Below, one piece after another: positions 1-7,622 of a stretch of 29,349 nucleotides of DNA. Source of the DNA: an uncultured Spirochaetales bacterium (GTDB taxonomy: Bacteria > Spirochaetota > Spirochaetia > ARS1246). The stretch covers positions 1 to 29,349 of the forward strand of contig CAYLZA010000001.1 in the NCBI GenBank assembly GCA_964387575.1, written 5' to 3'. Position 1 is the first letter of the stretch; every line of letters begins with the position of its first letter. The translations under genes were made by a program, and so were the position numbers. Under the pieces are notes generated by a model, which saw only the letters and a list, made by a program, of their open reading frames with translations, made no database searches and was not told the DNA's origin.

Positions 1-730
1 CGTCGTAGTAGAGTAATCCGCCGGCGGAATGAACGGCTTCGGCAAGCTCGGCCACCTCCGATTCGAAGAGCCCGAGCGTGTTCGGGTTTGTGAGCATGAT
101 GCCGGCCAGTGAGTCGTTGAGGTACGGTTGTATCGACGCCAGATCGACGATGCCGCGTTTACTCGAAGGCACTTCCTTGACCTCGAATCCGGATATGTTC
201 GCGGATGCCGGATTCGTCCCGTGCGCCGAATCGGGGATAAGGATGACCTTACGTCCGGACTCTTTCCTTTTTCTGAAACACGCCTTGAACAATTTCATAC
301 CGGTGTATTCACCGTGTGCCCCGGCAAACGGCTGAAGGGTTCCCCACGCCATGCCGGTTATCGAGCACAACAACTGCGTAAGCTCATAGAGTAGCCTCAG
401 GGTTCCCTGCGCCGTACTCGTATCCTGAAGCGGATGAACCGACGCAAAGCCATCCAACGAAGCGACTGTGTCGTTTATCTTCGGGTTATACTTCATCGTG
501 CATGACCCGAGAGGATAAAATCCGAGATCAATCGCATGATTGCGATGAGACAACCCGGTGTAGTGTCTGATTATTTCGGGTTCCGAAATCTCCGGTAACT
601 CGGGAACCGAGTCGGCAACAACCGACGAAGGCAGCTCTGCCGAAGGATCTATTTTCTGGGTATCGCACTCGGGAAACCGAAATCCGCTTCTTCCGGACCG
701 GGATTTTTCGAAAATCAGCTCGGCACTCAT
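1..730 (-). CDS. gcvPB: Glycine dehydrogenase (decarboxylating) subunit 2, 5' part; runs off the left edge and is missing from the ORF track
   Basis: Manual translation from ATG at 730 (ATGA overlap with the gcvPA stop, GAGGAGG SD upstream): MSAELIFEKSRSGR...GFYPLGSCTMKYNPKIN...QPFAGAHGEYTG...ILIPDSAHGTNPASA...IMLTNPNTLGLFE...GGLLYYD, which are hallmark GcvPB motifs. Confidence 0.96.
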   Translation of the reverse strand, partial: MSAELIFEKSRSGRSGFRFPECDTQKIDPSAELPSSVVADSVPELPEISEPEIIRHYTGLSHRNHAIDLGFYPLGSCTMKYNPKINDTVASLDGFASVHPLQDTSTAQGTLRLLYELTQLLCSITGMAWGTLQPFAGAHGEYTGMKLFKACFRKRKESGRKVILIPDSAHGTNPASANISGFEVKEVPSSKRGIVDLASIQPYLNDSLAGIMLTNPNTLGLFESEVAELAEAVHSAGGLLYYD

Positions 731-2073
731 CGTATCGCCTCCTCGAGCGCCGAGACATAGGCGTCCATCTCGGCCTTCGTTCGTTTCTCCGTCACCGCAA
801 CGAGAAGCTCATCGGAATCGCCCGTTCCCAGCCGTGAAAGCGGGATACCGGCGTAAATTCCCGATTCTCGCATCTCGGTTGCGACCGCCTCGGCATCGGT
901 TCCGAGCGAAAGCACAAACTCGTTGAAAAACGGCTTATCGTATCTCATGCGTGCTCCGGTTTTTTTCGTAACATCTGATGCAAGATAGTGCGCTTTGGAA
1001 AAACACTGTTCTGCGACCTCTTTGAGCCCCTGAGGGCCGACGGTGGCCAGATATACGCCCATTGCCAGTGCGGCAAGTGCCTGATTTGTACAGATATTCG
1101 ATGTCGCGCGCTCCCGCTTTATGTGCTGTTCCCTCGCCTGAAGGGTCAAAACGAACGCACGCTGATCTTCGGCATCGACGGTTCGTCCGACGATTCTTCC
1201 CGGCATCTTGCGCATCAATCGCTCGGTGGCAACGATATATCCGACACTTGGTCCCCCGGCGTTCATCGGTAATCCACATGGCTGACCATCACCGATGGCT
1301 ATATCTGCACCCCACCCTCCCGGATTTTTGAGAAGACCGAGAGAAATCGGATTTGAGGAAATGATAAGGCTCGCCTTGTTTTCGTGTACCTGATCCGCAA
1401 CTCCTGAAAAGTCCTCGGTGATTCCGAAAATATTCGGCGTCTGAACGAGAACCCCGGCGGTATTCTCATCGATGAGCTCATAAGCTTTCGACCAATCTGT
1501 AGCCCCATCTTCGGAGGGAATCTCTGCGGTTTCCACATCGAGATCCTCGAAGTATGTTTCAATAACCTGTTTTGTATGCGGATGTATCGTAGCCGAATAG
1601 AGGATTTTGTTTGCCCGTCGTCGTGCATTGACCGCCATCGCGCATGCTTCGATCGCAGCCGTATGGCCGTCGTAAAGCGATGCGTTCGGAACGTCGAGGC
1701 CGGTAAGCATACAGACCATCGTCTGGAACTCGAATATCGATTGGAGTATTCCCTGCGATATTTCCGCCTGATACGGCGTATACGCGGTTGCAAATTCCGA
1801 ACGCGACGTTATATGCGTGACCGTTGCCGGAATTATATGATCGTAAATCCCGCCACCAAGAAAACAGACTCCGTCGTTGTTACGAGCGGCGATCTCTTTC
1901 ATAGTGCAAAATATCTCGTATTCCGAAATACCTTTGGGAATGTCGAGCGGTTGTTTCAGCCTGAGCTTATCAGGGATATCCTCAAAAAGCGAATCGATGC
2001 TTTGAGCACCGATTGTCGACAACATCTCATCGATATCGGACTGGGTATGCGGAAGGTAGGCGAAGCGACTCAT
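727..2073 (-). CDS. gcvPA: Glycine dehydrogenase (decarboxylating) subunit 1
   Basis: Motifs YLPHT, FLGGGIYDH, TAYTPYQAEISQG, NASLYDG, REQHIKRERATSNICTNQAL. Start placed at ATG 2073 (MSRFAYLPH), 4 nt after the gcvH stop; the ORF track extends to 2118. Confidence 0.96.
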   Translation of the reverse strand: MSRFAYLPHTQSDIDEMLSTIGAQSIDSLFEDIPDKLRLKQPLDIPKGISEYEIFCTMKEIAARNNDGVCFLGGGIYDHIIPATVTHITSRSEFATAYTPYQAEISQGILQSIFEFQTMVCMLTGLDVPNASLYDGHTAAIEACAMAVNARRRANKILYSATIHPHTKQVIETYFEDLDVETAEIPSEDGATDWSKAYELIDENTAGVLVQTPNIFGITEDFSGVADQVHENKASLIISSNPISLGLLKNPGGWGADIAIGDGQPCGLPMNAGGPSVGYIVATERLMRKMPGRIVGRTVDAEDQRAFVLTLQAREQHIKRERATSNICTNQALAALAMGVYLATVGPQGLKEVAEQCFSKAHYLASDVTKKTGARMRYDKPFFNEFVLSLGTDAEAVATEMRESGIYAGIPLSRLGTGDSDELLVAVTEKRTKAEMDAYVSALEEAIR

Positions 2074-2077
2074 CTGG

Positions 2078-2464
2078 CTAATCACTCTCCTCTTTGACGA
2101 CCCGTTCGTATCCGTCACGATCGAGCAGCGAATCGAGTTGTGTCGGGTCGTCGATTTCCATGGCGAATATATGCATCCCGTACGGATCCTCGTTTATTTG
2201 CTCCGGTGAATCCTGCAGATCCTCATTTACCTCGATGATTCGACCGGTCAACGGGGCGAAAATCGGCTCCGCCGCTTTGACCGATTCGATTGTGGTCAGC
2301 TCGTCGTCTATCGATACATCCTGCTCGGTTTCGGGCAGCTCGATATATACGATATCACCGAGCGATTCCTGCGCAAAATCAGTTATGCCGACAAACGCCG
2401 TGTTACCTTCCACACGAATCCATTCGTGACTCTTTGTGTACTTCAGTTCTTCAGGAATATTCAT
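2078..2464 (-). CDS. gcvH: Glycine cleavage system H protein
   Basis: YTKSHEW, GITDFAQESLGDIVY, lipoyl-lysine motif IESVKAA, INEDPYG; GAGG SD. Confidence 0.97.
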   Translation of the reverse strand: MNIPEELKYTKSHEWIRVEGNTAFVGITDFAQESLGDIVYIELPETEQDVSIDDELTTIESVKAAEPIFAPLTGRIIEVNEDLQDSPEQINEDPYGMHIFAMEIDDPTQLDSLLDRDGYERVVKEESD

Positions 2465-2467
2465 TCA

Positions 2468-3580
2468 TTACCTCCTTGAATAAAACGGCAGCGGGCACTC
2501 GACCGCCGCCTTCCTCGATCCGCGAATATCGATATGGAACTCCGCGTTCCTGTCTACTTGTGATCTCACCAACGCCATTGCATTGAACGTGTCGAGCGTC
2601 GGACACTTCGAGCCGCTGGTTACGAACCCACACGGCTCGCCGTGTTGAAAGACCGGAAACTCCGCCCTCGGAACACCGAGTTCGGTCATTTCCAAACCGA
2701 TCCGTACCCGGTCCGGTCCATTCTCCGAGATTTCGTGCAGCGCGTCACGGCCACAAAAGTCGCCCTTATCGAGCTTGACAAACATATCGAGCCCGGATTC
2801 CAGCGGAGCAATCTCCTCGGTCAGCTCATGGCCATAAAGCGGCAGCGCCGCTTCGAACCGCAACGTATCTCGCGCTCCGAGCCCGCACGGTGTACCGCCG
2901 TACTCCTTGCCGGCGTCCTGAATTTCGTCCCACAATGCGCCGGCAGCATCGGCGTCGCAGTAAAGCTCATATCCATCTTCTCCGGTGTAACCGGTTCGCG
3001 ATATAGTGCAATCAAATCCGGCGATTTTTACATTCTGCCGCGCCCTGAAAAACTTGATTCTCGGGAGCTCATTATCGGCCGGCCCATTCAGCACGTCGTG
3101 CGCGGAGGGCCCTTGAACCGCTATCTGAGCGATGTCATCACTTCTGTCGATAATATCGACACCACCGTCTCCCCGGTGCGGCCACGGACTATCCTTGGTA
3201 AACCATTGAAAAATCTTCTCCCGGTTTCCGGCGTTTACGACGATCATGAATCGGTTTTCGTCGAGTCTGTACACGACCACATCATCGAGACAGCCGCCGT
3301 CCTCACGGCAGATAAACCCGTAGTGAACGTTTCTTTTCGTGACCCCCGGGACTTTGTTCGTAAAGTGATAGTCGACGAACTCAACCGCTCTTGTTCCCGA
3401 TATCTCATATCTTCCCATATGGCATACGTCGAAATACCCCACGTGGTTGCGGACGGCCGTGTGCTCTCCGACGATTCCCGGACTGAATGACACAGGCATC
3501 TTCCAGCCGAAAAAATCTACAAACCGGGCTTTTTCATAGTCCTTATAACGATCGTACAGGACCGTTACCCGCTCAGACAT
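2468..3580 (-). CDS. gcvT: Glycine cleavage system T protein (aminomethyltransferase)
   Basis: FFGWKMP, FDVCHMG, VVNAGNREK, SRTGYTGEDGYE, GLGARDTLRFEAALPLYGHEL; GAGGAGG SD. Confidence 0.97.
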   Translation of the reverse strand: MSERVTVLYDRYKDYEKARFVDFFGWKMPVSFSPGIVGEHTAVRNHVGYFDVCHMGRYEISGTRAVEFVDYHFTNKVPGVTKRNVHYGFICREDGGCLDDVVVYRLDENRFMIVVNAGNREKIFQWFTKDSPWPHRGDGGVDIIDRSDDIAQIAVQGPSAHDVLNGPADNELPRIKFFRARQNVKIAGFDCTISRTGYTGEDGYELYCDADAAGALWDEIQDAGKEYGGTPCGLGARDTLRFEAALPLYGHELTEEIAPLESGLDMFVKLDKGDFCGRDALHEISENGPDRVRIGLEMTELGVPRAEFPVFQHGEPCGFVTSGSKCPTLDTFNAMALVRSQVDRNAEFHIDIRGSRKAAVECPLPFYSRR

Positions 3581-3604
3581 ATATACACTCCTCCTCGCAA
3601 GACT

Positions 3605-4051
3605 CTACAGAACAAAGGGGACCTTCATATTGTATCCCTGATACACTACGAACGTTTCGGCGGAAAGTACTTCGCTGATTATCGAAACCTCATCGTTGAA
3701 AAACTCGAGTAATCCGAAATCGTCGGACAGCAAGACGATGAGCATTACATCGTAACGTCCGGTAACAACCGAAGCCGAAACTACCCCTCGAAGCTTACTG
3801 AACTCCTCTGCCTTTTTGCTGAGATTCATCGTTACGAGCTTGATACCGACGAATATTATTTGAAATCCTTCAGTTCTATGCGGATCTACCAATCCCATGA
3901 TATCGAGGACGTCTTCGCTCTGCATTTTATTCACCCTCGATCGCACGGTATTCTCGGTTATCGAAATCGACTCCGCAATCTCCCGCAACGACTTGCGTCC
4001 GTCCCGCAGGTGCTTAATGATTTTTATATTCGTGGGATCGAGTTTTTCCAT
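3605..4051 (-). CDS. Lrp/AsnC family transcriptional regulator
   Basis: N-terminal HTH LDPTNIKII..L.DGRKSLREIAE...TVRSRV and C-terminal RAM domain with VTGRYD; 148 aa. Confidence 0.93.
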   Translation of the reverse strand: MEKLDPTNIKIIKHLRDGRKSLREIAESISITENTVRSRVNKMQSEDVLDIMGLVDPHRTEGFQIIFVGIKLVTMNLSKKAEEFSKLRGVVSASVVTGRYDVMLIVLLSDDFGLLEFFNDEVSIISEVLSAETFVVYQGYNMKVPFVL

Positions 4052-5135
4052 TCACTTCCTGACCACTTCGCGCAAACCGGCTCATAAACTCGCACAGTTG
4101 CTCGGTCCACTCGGTGGATACCCCGTTGTACAGTGATGCTCTGCATCCGCCGACGCTTCGGTGTCCTTTCAACCCGACCATCCCCTCCTCTTCCGCTTTT
4201 GAGATGAATGCTTTTTCCGACTCTTCATCGGATAATTTGAAGACGACGTTCATCCTCGAGCGAAACGCCGGCTCGACCAGGCACCGATAAAAGCCATCAC
4301 TTTCGTCGATGACCGAATACATCGCTTTTGATTTCTCGATGCTTCGTCGGCGCATCTCTTCCATCCCGCCTTCACTTTTTACCCACCGGAGAACAAGCAT
4401 GAGTGCATAAACGCTGAAAACCGGCGGTGTATTGTAGAGCGAATCCTTTCCCGCGTGGGTCGCATAGCTCAGATACGCCGTAAGCGATTCATCGCTTCGT
4501 TCGAGAAGATCCTCCCGGACAACCACGAGGGTCACTCCCGCGGGACCGAGATTCTTCTGCGCACCTGCATACAACAGAGCACATCGATCGAAATCGATCG
4601 GACGACTCATAATATCGCTCGACATATCGACGACGAGCGGTACATTACCGGTATCGGGAAGCTCGGGCCACTGCACTCCGTTTATGGTTTCGTTAGAGGT
4701 AATGTGGACATACGAACTCCCCTCGGTAGGTGTTACCGATGCTGGAAGCGATGAATACCCGTCGTCTACTCCATCGAAAAGCACATTGACCGAACCGATT
4801 TTTTCGGCATCCGCATGCGCCTTTTTTGCCCAGGAGCCGCTGATGACGAAATCGCACGTTCCGTTTTTCGGCATGAGATTCAACGGCACCATGGAAAATT
4901 GAAGCGTCGCACCACCGCCGAGCAGCAGGATCCGATAGTTCGACGGGACACCGAGTATTTCGCGGATCAAACCGACTGCTTCACTGTGTACCTCTTCGTA
5001 GTGTTTGCTCCGGTGTGATGCCTCGATGATCGACATGCCCGCGGCGTCGTACTCCACAATTGTCTCTTCGATTTTTCGAAGTACCGGAAACGGTAAGGCT
5101 GAAGGACCTGCGAAAAAGTTGGCTTTTCTGTTCAT
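4014..5135 (-). CDS. serC: Phosphoserine aminotransferase
   Basis: NFFAGPSALP, SHRS, GGGATLQF, SNETING, DMSSDI, PLP-lysine motif YAGAQKNLGPAG, LYNTPP, GHRSVGGCRASLYN; 3' end overlaps the lrp start by 38 nt. Confidence 0.95.
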   Translation of the reverse strand: MNRKANFFAGPSALPFPVLRKIEETIVEYDAAGMSIIEASHRSKHYEEVHSEAVGLIREILGVPSNYRILLLGGGATLQFSMVPLNLMPKNGTCDFVISGSWAKKAHADAEKIGSVNVLFDGVDDGYSSLPASVTPTEGSSYVHITSNETINGVQWPELPDTGNVPLVVDMSSDIMSRPIDFDRCALLYAGAQKNLGPAGVTLVVVREDLLERSDESLTAYLSYATHAGKDSLYNTPPVFSVYALMLVLRWVKSEGGMEEMRRRSIEKSKAMYSVIDESDGFYRCLVEPAFRSRMNVVFKLSDEESEKAFISKAEEEGMVGLKGHRSVGGCRASLYNGVSTEWTEQLCEFMSRFARSGQEVNGKTRSHEYKNH

Positions 5136-5153
5136 ACATCACCTGCTTTAAGA

Positions 5154-5181
5154 AATATATACAAATAACGACGACTGTCAA
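5154..5181 (-). promoter_or_regulatory. Sigma70-type promoter of the serC-lrp-gcv operon
   Basis: TTGACA (5181-5176), 16 nt, TATATT (5159-5154), ending 18 nt upstream of the serC ATG. Confidence 0.65.
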
Positions 5182-5293
5182 CCGTCGCATCTGTTCGACT
5201 TATAGATCAATCATTTTTTTCGGTGTATATTGACCATATCACAAAGAAACCGAGCCTTTTTTGATCTTTCTCGCATTCAGCTTGATCGCACCG

Positions 5294-6253
5294 TCATGCG
5301 TACAAAGCGCGGAAAGTTTTTTTCTCCCATTTCTCGAATGACGGAAGCACCTTTTCTATCAACGGCGGCAACACGACAAAATAGATCGCGCCGACGATGA
5401 TTCCTGCAAAAATATCGACCGCATAGTGCGCATAGATGTATACGGTCGAAACGAGCAAAGCCAATGTAATCGGCAACAAGATAAATCCGCGCTTGTGCGA
5501 ATATTTGAAATTTATGAGCAAAGCAAGTACTGATATTGCCGCATGCGATGATGGAAATGCGGCACCGTACAGGTCTATCCCATCAAAGGCGGTTTTCAAG
5601 ATAGCCGTGAACAGGAATCCCTCAAAATGATCGTACCAGAGAGCGTGGAGACTCTCGAAGTAGTACTTCGGTCCTTTAACCGGAAACACGATATAAACGA
5701 GGTAGAGTATGTAGAAGCCGATAGTGACCGCGATCAAAAACCGGTATGCCGCCTTTTCTTTTCCCTGAAAAAACAGAATCCAGATTCCAATCGAAAAGAG
5801 CAGAAAATAGAAGAAATAGGAGAAGAAAAAAAGCTCCGTTATAAAAGGAGATTCGGGCAGAGCTTTGTAGAGCTCGAGCGCGGGTTGGAATCCGAAAATC
5901 GCCGTTTCCAGATCGACAAAAAACCCATCGAATGATTTACCGCCGAATATGACATTCGTAAGATGAATACTCTCAGAGAAAAAGATGAGATAAAAAATCT
6001 GAATATAGAAAATCCGGAGCCATCGAAGGACCCGGTTTTTTGCGTGCGTAAAAAGTCGTGGTACGGCAGGAATCAGTACCGCCGCACCCACGAATCCGAG
6101 ACCGAAAAGAATACCTCTCGGGATGTTCACACCGAGCAGCGCTATGTCCGGCCCCGGAAACATGAACGAGAGCGCCGCGTATAGCAGGCACATGAGCCAA
6201 GTCAATGCGTCGGTCAAAAGCAACCTTCGCGTATCCACCGTGGTTGAAATCAT
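5294..6253 (-). CDS. PAP2-superfamily polytopic membrane protein, Aur1/inositol-phosphorylceramide-synthase-like subtype
   Basis: Many hydrophobic helices; motifs YIVFPVKGP, GAAFPSSH, YAHYAVDIFAG (HxxxD). Confidence 0.8.
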   Translation of the reverse strand: MISTTVDTRRLLLTDALTWLMCLLYAALSFMFPGPDIALLGVNIPRGILFGLGFVGAAVLIPAVPRLFTHAKNRVLRWLRIFYIQIFYLIFFSESIHLTNVIFGGKSFDGFFVDLETAIFGFQPALELYKALPESPFITELFFFSYFFYFLLFSIGIWILFFQGKEKAAYRFLIAVTIGFYILYLVYIVFPVKGPKYYFESLHALWYDHFEGFLFTAILKTAFDGIDLYGAAFPSSHAAISVLALLINFKYSHKRGFILLPITLALLVSTVYIYAHYAVDIFAGIIVGAIYFVVLPPLIEKVLPSFEKWEKKTFRALYA

Positions 6254-6323
6254 GCCGTGTTCTCCGTTGCAGCACCTTGACCTTCGACAGATCTATACGT
6301 TGAAGATCACGGGAGTATTACAT

Positions 6324-6353
6324 AAAAAAAAAGAGGCTGTGTAACAGCCCCTT
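6324..6353 (-). terminator. Intrinsic terminator after rpsU
   Basis: Minus-strand RNA AAGGGGCUGU-UAC-ACAGCCUCUU followed by a U-run (A9 at 6324-6332 on +), 26 nt after the rpsU stop. Confidence 0.85.
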
Positions 6354-6379
6354 TCTCTTATACACGAAGCTTTGGCGGT

Positions 6380-6598
6380 CTAGTATTTGCGCATTGCGCG
6401 AATTTTCCGTTGCTTTTTCAGCAATTTCCGCTCAAACGCTTTTCTTTTTCTATTTCGTATTGTTGAAGGTTTCTCGTAATACTCACGCTTTCGCCATTCC
6501 CGAATGATACCTTCTTTTTCAACCATTCGTTTAAAACGCTTGAGTGCCTTTTCCAAAGGCTCACCTTCGTCAACTCTTATTTCGGCGATGGTCATCAC
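6380..6598 (-). CDS. rpsU: 30S ribosomal protein S21
   Basis: [39 protein letters not shown]; start at GTG 6598 or ATG 6595. Confidence 0.97.
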   Translation of the reverse strand: MMTIAEIRVDEGEPLEKALKRFKRMVEKEGIIREWRKREYYEKPSTIRNRKRKAFERKLLKKQRKIRAMRKY

Positions 6599-6608
6599 CC
6601 CCTTTTAC

Positions 6609-7622
6609 CTAGCGCTCAATATTACAGTAAACATCCCACTTGTCAAGTAATCCTTTGGTCAAAAACAATTCCGGATTTACCGCCACGCCTGAAACTCTCA
6701 ATTCCCAGTGTAGATGAGGTCCTGTTACCAGTCCGGTTGCCCCTACCCGCCCGATGTAGTCACCGGTTTTTACGATCTGCTTCGGCTCTACGTCGATCGA
6801 GTCGAGGTGATAGTAAAGGCTGTACACGCCGGGAAGATGCTCGATTACAACCGTGTTTCCAGTCATGATCCGTTCGGTAGCAACCGCAATCCTCCCGACT
6901 CCCACCGAATAAACCTCGGTACCCGTTTTCGCACCATAATCGACTCCGTTGTGAATCGATCGTGCAGTCGATCCGTCGCTGTACCGGTACACTCTCCGGT
7001 CACCAAAAAACGAAGTCCTCCGGATCTCCGCGATTGGAAACGTGAACGTACCGCGATGAAACACGGCGTCCCGATTCGTCGAATTCAGGAGCTTCCACAT
7101 CTTCTCCGCCTGCACTCGTATCAGCTCGTCATCGCTGCGCCGCAAATCAGTCATCGCACCGCTGAGCTTGATCTCTTCGGTTAGAAACTCGCGTTTTTCT
7201 ACGGGGAGCCGCTCGGAAAACTCTCCGGCTTTCGAACTGCTCGAATATCTGACACGGACCAGAACCGTCGATTCAACCGTAAACGAAGGTAACGCAACGA
7301 TCGCCGCATAGGCGTTTGTTCTTTCGTTTACCGGGAACCCGATACTTCTGCAGATCCGTACATCGTTGATGCCGAACACCGATACGGAAACGTCGTCGAT
7401 CGGCTCATCACCGACGATGTAGAACGGCGTTGCTTCCCCGAATGCAAGCGTTCCCACCGGAAAGAGAGAAGGCTTTCCATGAACCGAAATAGTCAACACG
7501 AAAAAAATGAAGAGAACGATCACAAAGACAATTTCGCGCTTCCGCCCGTCGAGCATTCGCTTATGCCCGTCGCGAAGCCGTTTCGACGCAACCGGTGGAA
7601 GCACAACTCGAGCGGGAATCAT
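6609..7622 (-). CDS. M23 family metallopeptidase (exported peptidoglycan endopeptidase-like)
   Basis: Hydrophobic N-terminal segment EIVFVIVLFIFFVLTISVHG; zinc motifs HNGVDYG (HxxxD) and GPHLHWE (HxH); ATGA overlap with the recJ stop; true start could be the downstream Met of MLDGRK. Confidence 0.9.
   Translation of the reverse strand: MIPARVVLPPVASKRLRDGHKRMLDGRKREIVFVIVLFIFFVLTISVHGKPSLFPVGTLAFGEATPFYIVGDEPIDDVSVSVFGINDVRICRSIGFPVNERTNAYAAIVALPSFTVESTVLVRVRYSSSSKAGEFSERLPVEKREFLTEEIKLSGAMTDLRRSDDELIRVQAEKMWKLLNSTNRDAVFHRGTFTFPIAEIRRTSFFGDRRVYRYSDGSTARSIHNGVDYGAKTGTEVYSVGVGRIAVATERIMTGNTVVIEHLPGVYSLYYHLDSIDVEPKQIVKTGDYIGRVGATGLVTGPHLHWELRVSGVAVNPELFLTKGLLDKWDVYCNIER
6619..6646 (-). promoter_or_regulatory. 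Sigma70-type rpsU promoter embedded in the 3' end of the M23 gene
   Basis: TTGACA (6646-6641), 16 nt, TAATAT (6624-6619). Confidence 0.6.

Noticed and set aside
78-394. Plus-strand ORFs of 85 and 88 aa, and the 76-aa minus ORF at 528-758
   Set aside because: This region is occupied by gcvPB, whose frame runs off the window and was not called by the ORF track
2642-3490. 282-aa plus-strand ORF, and similar long antisense ORFs over lon (11572-12348) and the membrane gene (27087-27785)
   Set aside because: Antisense to well-supported genes and without motifs; expected from codon bias at this GC content
3581-3604. Glycine riboswitch upstream of gcvT
   Set aside because: Only 24 nt are available, and no aptamer-like sequence was seen here or upstream of serC
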